Virus record (IMG/VR): IMGVR_UViG_3300009034_000021
Location: 51,298-71,297 of that record
Length of the DNA stretch: 20,000 nucleotides
Strand: one strand, 5' to 3'
DNA from: an uncultured virus (IMG/VR IMGVR_UViG_3300009034_000021)
Taxonomy: Duplodnaviria; Heunggongvirae; Uroviricota; Caudoviricetes
The position numbers and the translations under genes were made by a program. Below, piece by piece: positions 15,664-20,000 of the stretch. Below the pieces are notes generated by a model. The model was not told where the DNA came from. It did no database searches and worked only from the letters and a program-made list of their open reading frames with translations. Within the stretch, counting starts at the first letter, position 1, and every line of letters begins with the position of its first letter.

Positions 15664-15692
15664 ATTATACACCATTTTCCCCGTTTTGTCAA
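15664..15692 (-). promoter_or_regulatory. Consensus sigma70 promoter, near-identical to 2423-2451
   Basis: TTGACA-AAACGGGGAAAATGGTG-TATAAT versus TTGACA-AAACTGTGAAAATGGTG-TATAAT. Confidence 0.88.
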
Positions 15693-15762
15693 GCAAAACC
15701 GGCAAAACTGGTCTAAACTGGTATGTTGATGGCTGAAAAATACTATCACGAAATGGACATAA

Positions 15763-16113
15763 TTATTCTGGCGACAAGTCCAACATCATCCTATCCGCCT
15801 GCATTTCCAACTCTTGCGCCAGGTTGAAAAAGTTGGCGGCTATGGCATAGAGTTGCTCAGATGCATTATGATTATGTCGGGCTAAATCAACCAATTCGAT
15901 AGCCACGGTGTTCTCACCCACCAATGCCCTGCTCAACACCTTCACGGCCACGTCAACCACTTTTGACTTGCTGCACGTCGCCAACAGGTCTAACTCTGCC
16001 GCGCCGTCGGGCGATAGTGCGATAGTCAATCGTCTCGCGCCGGCCATCTTGAGCAAACCGTAGGGATGGCGGCCAATGACTAATTTAACGTCTGGATTCA
16101 TCTTTGTGTTCAT
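15763..16113 (-). CDS. hypothetical protein, possible ribbon-helix-helix regulator
   Basis: RRLTIALSPDGAAELDLLA...SKSKVVDVAV has RHH-like patterning; SD GGAG. Confidence 0.6.
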   Translation of the reverse strand: MNTKMNPDVKLVIGRHPYGLLKMAGARRLTIALSPDGAAELDLLATCSKSKVVDVAVKVLSRALVGENTVAIELVDLARHNHNASEQLYAIAANFFNLAQELEMQADRMMLDLSPE

Positions 16114-16339
16114 CTTTACTCTCCTGACCTCCTTTCAACGATTCTCGCCGGCGAAACCACTTTATCCATTCTCTAGGCTTCATACTACTTGACGTATCCT
16201 TTCCCGTTGTCTGACAACTACTTGCGGTCCAGCGATTACAATAGATGCAATAGATCGTGGCCGGCGCAGAGGTTCTCTGCGGGAATTCTTTGTAGAATAC
16301 TCTACCGCAGTTATCACAATGGTACCGGACTGAATACAT
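16085..16339 (-). CDS. zinc-ribbon protein
   Basis: CDNC...CIYC; SD AAGGAG. Confidence 0.65.
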   Translation of the reverse strand: MYSVRYHCDNCGRVFYKEFPQRTSAPATIYCIYCNRWTASSCQTTGKDTSSSMKPREWIKWFRRRESLKGGQESKDEHKDESRR

Positions 16340-16371
16340 GGCTAGCTCCTTTCATTGTCCAGGAATTCATT

Positions 16372-16611
16372 CTATTCTGTCTCAAGTTTCTCAAATTGCT
16401 TACAAATATTCCCGACCAGCGCAAAGATGACTTGCCATGTGGGAATACCTTCCAAGCGAGCGTCTGTATTGAGCATCCCACATCCACCGGCGTCCACCAT
16501 GATTGCACGAATCTTGTGCCGCAGATAGCAAAGGCTGTAGTGAATACAAGCGTAGCAGTTCTGCTCTTGGTCTAGAGTATTGCAAGTCTCATCTTTCGTT
16601 TGGGAATTCAT
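16372..16611 (-). CDS. Cys-rich hypothetical protein (start refined to MNSQTK)
   Basis: SD GGAGGAG; CYAC..C...C. Confidence 0.65.
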   Translation of the reverse strand: MNSQTKDETCNTLDQEQNCYACIHYSLCYLRHKIRAIMVDAGGCGMLNTDARLEGIPTWQVIFALVGNICKQFEKLETE

Positions 16612-16612
16612 T

Positions 16613-16807
16613 CTATCTCCTCCGAATAAGACAGCGGATGCGCTCCAGTTCAAGCGCAGTGATGAGTATGCCAGTACATTCATCGTCTCCGACGATAGCA
16701 GTGCACTTAAAGACTGGAGCAAACCAGGCGTTCTTCTTGCCTGCTTCTATACCTTTTAGTCGCGCTGCTTCTTTTAGAACTGGTGAGGCGAATTGCAAGT
16801 TGAACAC
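16613..16807 (-). CDS. hypothetical protein (64 aa)
   Basis: GTG start, SD AAAGGG, packing. Confidence 0.5.
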   Translation of the reverse strand: MFNLQFASPVLKEAARLKGIEAGKKNAWFAPVFKCTAIVGDDECTGILITALELERIRCLIRRR

Positions 16808-16821
16808 TTTGTTTACCCTTT

Positions 16822-17082
16822 CTATGCTCTATCCAATCGTTTTGATAGATTGGTGAACTTCGTACAGCCAGCGTGGTTCCTAAATCTTGTGAGAAACATC
16901 CACTTGTGACAAGAGTCACAGTGATGTGCAATGCTCCATAAACGCCATAAAATATTTTGTAGTAGGACTTGCCAGTGCGGAGCATGGTAGACAACATTGT
17001 CCCAGTCTTGGCTACTCAGTTGTGTAAACATAAACTTTTGCAATTTGCGTTTAATTCGTTCAACGGCTTGCTGGAAACTCAT
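16822..17082 (-). CDS. hypothetical protein (86 aa)
   Basis: ORF overlapping the DUF5131 end; CDSC..H..C. Confidence 0.55.
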   Translation of the reverse strand: MSFQQAVERIKRKLQKFMFTQLSSQDWDNVVYHAPHWQVLLQNILWRLWSIAHHCDSCHKWMFLTRFRNHAGCTKFTNLSKRLDRA

Positions 17083-17902
17083 TCCATTCTCTCCCGTCTA
17101 GCAGGCGACCAGCGGCTTTCTTGCCGACGCGATAACTGTAGGTCTCATCAGGCCAGTGATAACATGTCCCTAGTTCTCGTTCTTGAAAATTATAACTCGC
17201 CCATTGGGATTGATGAATCCATGCTCCGTGCTGTTTATAGAAATAGGCTATATTTGCTGCCTTGCATTGGTCTCTCAGGTTTCGCGCCCAGTCTATATGC
17301 GCCGGCCTCGCCTGTGGCCCACTTTCTCCGCCAACAATCACTTGATCCATTCCATCCAGTACGCCAGGATAATCGGCAAAAGAACTCAGTAAAGGCTCAA
17401 AAGAGATGTATCGCATCGCAGCGGGCGTCTGCCTGAGATACTCAGCGCGGTAGCTATATTCTGGCAATTCAATGGTTGTGCCAAGCCAGACATTAGGCAA
17501 TGGCTTTTCGCCTGCATGGTAAAACATCGGAATATCTTTGGCCATTCGCCGTGGACGTTTGGTTAGAATTAGGAAAGTGTGTTGCGGGCAATCGCGCATG
17601 ATCTTCCAGATAGACCAAATATCTGCAAACGGCACGTCGTCATGGAAGAGATCAGACATAGAGCAGAGAAAAACTGTACGTTTCTTTCTCCAATGCAATG
17701 GTTGTTCCAACCTATCAGGATGTAACGTCACGTCAAAATGGTGCGGCATTTCTGGATAGCCGTACCGTCCTGCCAGTCGGCGTGCCATGCGTTCGGCGTA
17801 ACAATTGCGACAACCTTCAGACAATTTAGTACAGCCCGAAATTGGATTCCAGCTTTCCGGTGTGGTTCCTGGCCTCGCGACCCACTCGATTTTCGTCGTC
17901 AT
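17060..17902 (-). CDS. DUF5131 (phage Gp37/Gp68) radical-SAM-like protein
   Basis: TKIEW...WNPISGCTKLSEGCRNCYAE, SMSDLFH, ILTKRP, NVWLGT, SFEPLL, VIVGGESG..ARP. Confidence 0.92.
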   Translation of the reverse strand: MTTKIEWVARPGTTPESWNPISGCTKLSEGCRNCYAERMARRLAGRYGYPEMPHHFDVTLHPDRLEQPLHWRKKRTVFLCSMSDLFHDDVPFADIWSIWKIMRDCPQHTFLILTKRPRRMAKDIPMFYHAGEKPLPNVWLGTTIELPEYSYRAEYLRQTPAAMRYISFEPLLSSFADYPGVLDGMDQVIVGGESGPQARPAHIDWARNLRDQCKAANIAYFYKQHGAWIHQSQWASYNFQERELGTCYHWPDETYSYRVGKKAAGRLLDGREWNEFPASR

Positions 17903-18105
17903 TATCTCTTGCCTTCCCTGATAGCCTGTTTAGCCGCCTCCAATGCGCCTTGCTTCGTGTCAGGGCCGGCGCCCCAGGCACCGCTCGGCAATCTATAGCC
18001 ATAGTCGGGGTGGCCAAACTTGCCCTCACGTTTCGTTAGCCTAATTTTGACGCCTTGATAAAAGCTTGTTTCTATCTCTTTAACTTTCACTTTTGTTAGC
18101 GTCAT
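17902..18105 (-). CDS. hypothetical protein (start refined to MTLTKV)
   Basis: SD GAGG, ATGA overlap. Confidence 0.6.
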   Translation of the reverse strand: MTLTKVKVKEIETSFYQGVKIRLTKREGKFGHPDYGYRLPSGAWGAGPDTKQGALEAAKQAIREGKR

Positions 18106-18248
18106 CTTTTTCCTCTTTTCTGTCTGTCCATCTTTGCCAGACATTTAGCACAGGTCAAAGAATCGCCATCTCTCTGTGTTGACTCGTCTGGGACGTGGTA
18201 CGTCTGACTCTCACCACACCTTGGACACCGCACGGTGACTTTTCTCAA
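18102..18248 (-). CDS. 48-aa zinc-ribbon protein
   Basis: Manual translation (TTG) MRKVTVRCPRCGES...LTCAKC. Confidence 0.55.
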   Translation of the reverse strand: MRKVTVRCPRCGESQTYHVPDESTQRDGDSLTCAKCLAKMDRQKRGKR

Positions 18249-18249
18249 T

Positions 18250-18549
18250 TTAATTCTGCTCTTTGTCATCTCTAGCCTTTTTTCTTCCTGTCATTCTAAA
18301 ATCAAATCCCTCCGGAAACTCCAACCATAAATGATACGGCGTCACATTGAGATTGTAGTAAACTGGCACTGCCGTGTCAGGCATCTCGTCCGGCAATTCC
18401 TCGCTGGTGAAACAGAACTGCGGCATGACGTCGCCCCAACGTTTTCGGAATTCCTCTATCGCCAGGTTTAGCCTAGTGGCGAGATTGGCCAGTTTCTCCT
18501 CTTTGTTTTCTGGCTGCCATGCCCAGCCGATGCCTCGTATAGCGGTCAC
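18250..18549 (-). CDS. hypothetical protein (99 aa)
   Basis: GTGA overlap, SD AAGGAG. Confidence 0.7.
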   Translation of the reverse strand: MTAIRGIGWAWQPENKEEKLANLATRLNLAIEEFRKRWGDVMPQFCFTSEELPDEMPDTAVPVYYNLNVTPYHLWLEFPEGFDFRMTGRKKARDDKEQN

Positions 18550-19352
18550 TTTGTCTCCTTTCCTGCCACTTTCCGTCTCATATCCGCAATTTCCGCAACC
18601 TGCGGCACGCTTGCGCCAGGGTATAGCGCAATCAAAAGTTGTCTTGCGTTCACTGCGTCGCTGGCTTGCGCAACCTCACGCAGGTGTTTTTTGCTATGCG
18701 CCGCAAGACCATTTTGGTTGCGCACGCCCTTGCCGCACCAGCAGCGCAATGCGAATTCGTTGCGTTCGGCTTGCGCACGCCTTGCGTTGGCTTGCGCAGT
18801 GCTTGCGCTCGTCTTGCGCATGCCTTGCGCAACCTTGCGCTCGTTGCGCCACGTTGCGACCGCTGACTCACCATAGGCGAATACACCGTTCAGCATCGCT
18901 GCGGCCACACTGCCCATAGGTGACGCCACGGCCAGTGCCGCACCCAGACCAGGTGTATTCTTCCCAGCGTAGAGATACCAGCCCACCCAGGCCGAGACGA
19001 CACCGGCCAGGATGGACACAGCCAGCGGCAAGACGACATTAAGGCGCGGCTCGGACTTTACTTTATCCTCTATTGAACGTCTGTCGCCTTTCGGCCCGAT
19101 GGACTTGTATAGCACTTTTCGGCTTGCATTATGTTGGCTCGCCCTGGCCCACATCATGCTGCCCATTGCCTGTGATGAAGCGATGACGACACCGACGACC
19201 CAGCCAATGCTCAGGTCATAAGTTTGCCGCACGCCGAGGCCGATGGTGACGATTTCGGCTATAGCTGCGCCGACGATGGCGGTCAGTAACCAGGCGGGGA
19301 GGAGCCAGTTGATTTCAAGCTGAGGTAGAATATCGCGTAGGGATTTTGTCAT
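18546..19352 (-). CDS. Multi-pass membrane protein with C-terminal C2H2-like Zn finger
   Basis: About four hydrophobic segments; CWCGKGVRNQNGLAAHSKKH. Confidence 0.8.
   Translation of the reverse strand: MTKSLRDILPQLEINWLLPAWLLTAIVGAAIAEIVTIGLGVRQTYDLSIGWVVGVVIASSQAMGSMMWARASQHNASRKVLYKSIGPKGDRRSIEDKVKSEPRLNVVLPLAVSILAGVVSAWVGWYLYAGKNTPGLGAALAVASPMGSVAAAMLNGVFAYGESAVATWRNERKVAQGMRKTSASTAQANARRAQAERNEFALRCWCGKGVRNQNGLAAHSKKHLREVAQASDAVNARQLLIALYPGASVPQVAEIADMRRKVAGKETK
18611..18858. repeat. Helically phased TTGCG(C) array inside coding sequence
   Basis: TTGCG at 18611, 18644, 18666, 18718, 18760, 18771, 18782, 18792, 18803, 18814, 18825, 18835, 18844, 18854. Confidence 0.85.
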
Positions 19353-19492
19353 TCGGTCCCTGCCCAGAAAGCCTCATCGCCGATCTGATCATACAATTCA
19401 CCTATTTTGCCGTATGCCCTCATTAAGGCCTCGCGTAACCTCTCCACCTCTGCCACCAGCGCAGGTATGTCGGTGCGGGCATGGTGTTTCAT
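19349..19492 (-). CDS. 47-aa paralog of the upstream gene (HARTDIPALVAEVERLR)
   Basis: Manual translation; ATGA overlap with the next gene. Confidence 0.55.
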   Translation of the reverse strand: MKHHARTDIPALVAEVERLREALMRAYGKIGELYDQIGDEAFWAGTE

Positions 19493-19495
19493 GGC

Positions 19496-19750
19496 TTATT
19501 TCCAGTCGAGTTTCTGTATTAGATTTTCATAGCCATCAATTCGGCGAAGTAATTTGATTGCTCTATCAGATTCCTTCGTCAAGGCCGTGCGCAACCTTTC
19601 CACCTCTGCTATCAATGCCGGTATGTCGGTGCGTGCGTGGGCGATGAACATCTGAACTTCGTCAGACGAATAGATGCGGATGTTCGGTCCTGTGCACCGC
19701 GCTTTGATTGCCTCCAAGTCAAGTTCGGTCATGTTCTCTGCTCCTCTCAT
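19496..19750 (-). CDS. Ead/Ea22-like phage protein
   Basis: LEAIKAR...FIAHARTDIPALIAEVERLR; true start may be 19732. Confidence 0.7.
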   Translation of the reverse strand: MRGAENMTELDLEAIKARCTGPNIRIYSSDEVQMFIAHARTDIPALIAEVERLRTALTKESDRAIKLLRRIDGYENLIQKLDWK

Positions 19751-19935
19751 CTCTTGTCATTGTCTAATTCTGCTGTGCACTTAGAACAAACGCTCATTAA
19801 ATTGCCGCCGACGATACGCAGGTATGTCTTGAGATTAAAAAGCCTCTCTTCATTGCATCGTTCACAAGTCCAAGGAACGGTTGGTATCGCTGGCCGATTA
19901 AGACGAACTATGAATTCTTTGCAGGGCTTAGTCAT
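19747..19935 (-). CDS. zinc-ribbon protein (62 aa)
   Basis: CERC...CSKC; SD GAGG. Confidence 0.6.
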   Translation of the reverse strand: MTKPCKEFIVRLNRPAIPTVPWTCERCNEERLFNLKTYLRIVGGNLMSVCSKCTAELDNDKR

Positions 19936-20000
19936 ACTATCTATTCCTCTCGCTGTAGTTCATAATAGACTTTTTGGAACCAAAATTAATAAACAGTTAC

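Noticed and set aside
18611..18858. CRISPR or TIGR-type array
   Set aside because: Repeat unit is only 5-6 bp with ~5-bp gaps, intragenic, and there is no cas/tas gene in the window

Overview
Phage-like or prophage-like accessory/early-replication region. Essentially every credible gene is on the minus strand and tightly packed, and no structural or integrase genes are present. Recognisable products are an SF1 UvrD/Rep helicase (runs off the left edge and is missing from the ORF track), a ThyX-like protein, a PD-(D/E)xK-like nuclease, a ParB-HTH/beta-class DNA methyltransferase fusion, a secreted FN3-metallophosphoesterase, a Zn-finger HNH endonuclease, DUF551 and DUF5131 proteins, a SWIM-like protein, a membrane protein with a C2H2 finger, and many CxxC and membrane microproteins. 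Two exported proteins carry a '(Y/F)LP(L/I)V' motif typical of Chloroflexota, which suggests the host (inference). The most unusual content is non-coding. (1) Two sequence-unrelated but architecturally identical three-stem RNA leaders have loops perfectly complementary to an upstream target; each sits in front of nuclease-containing cargo (C4/CI antisense-like). (2) A family of tRNA-shaped but non-tRNA elements (two full copies, one 5' half) brackets the phosphatase block. (3) A helically phased TTGCG array lies inside the membrane/Zn-finger gene. (4) A ~224-nt intergenic structured RNA is present. (5) There are three perfect TTGACA/TATAAT promoters. All calls were made by eye; no database searches were run.
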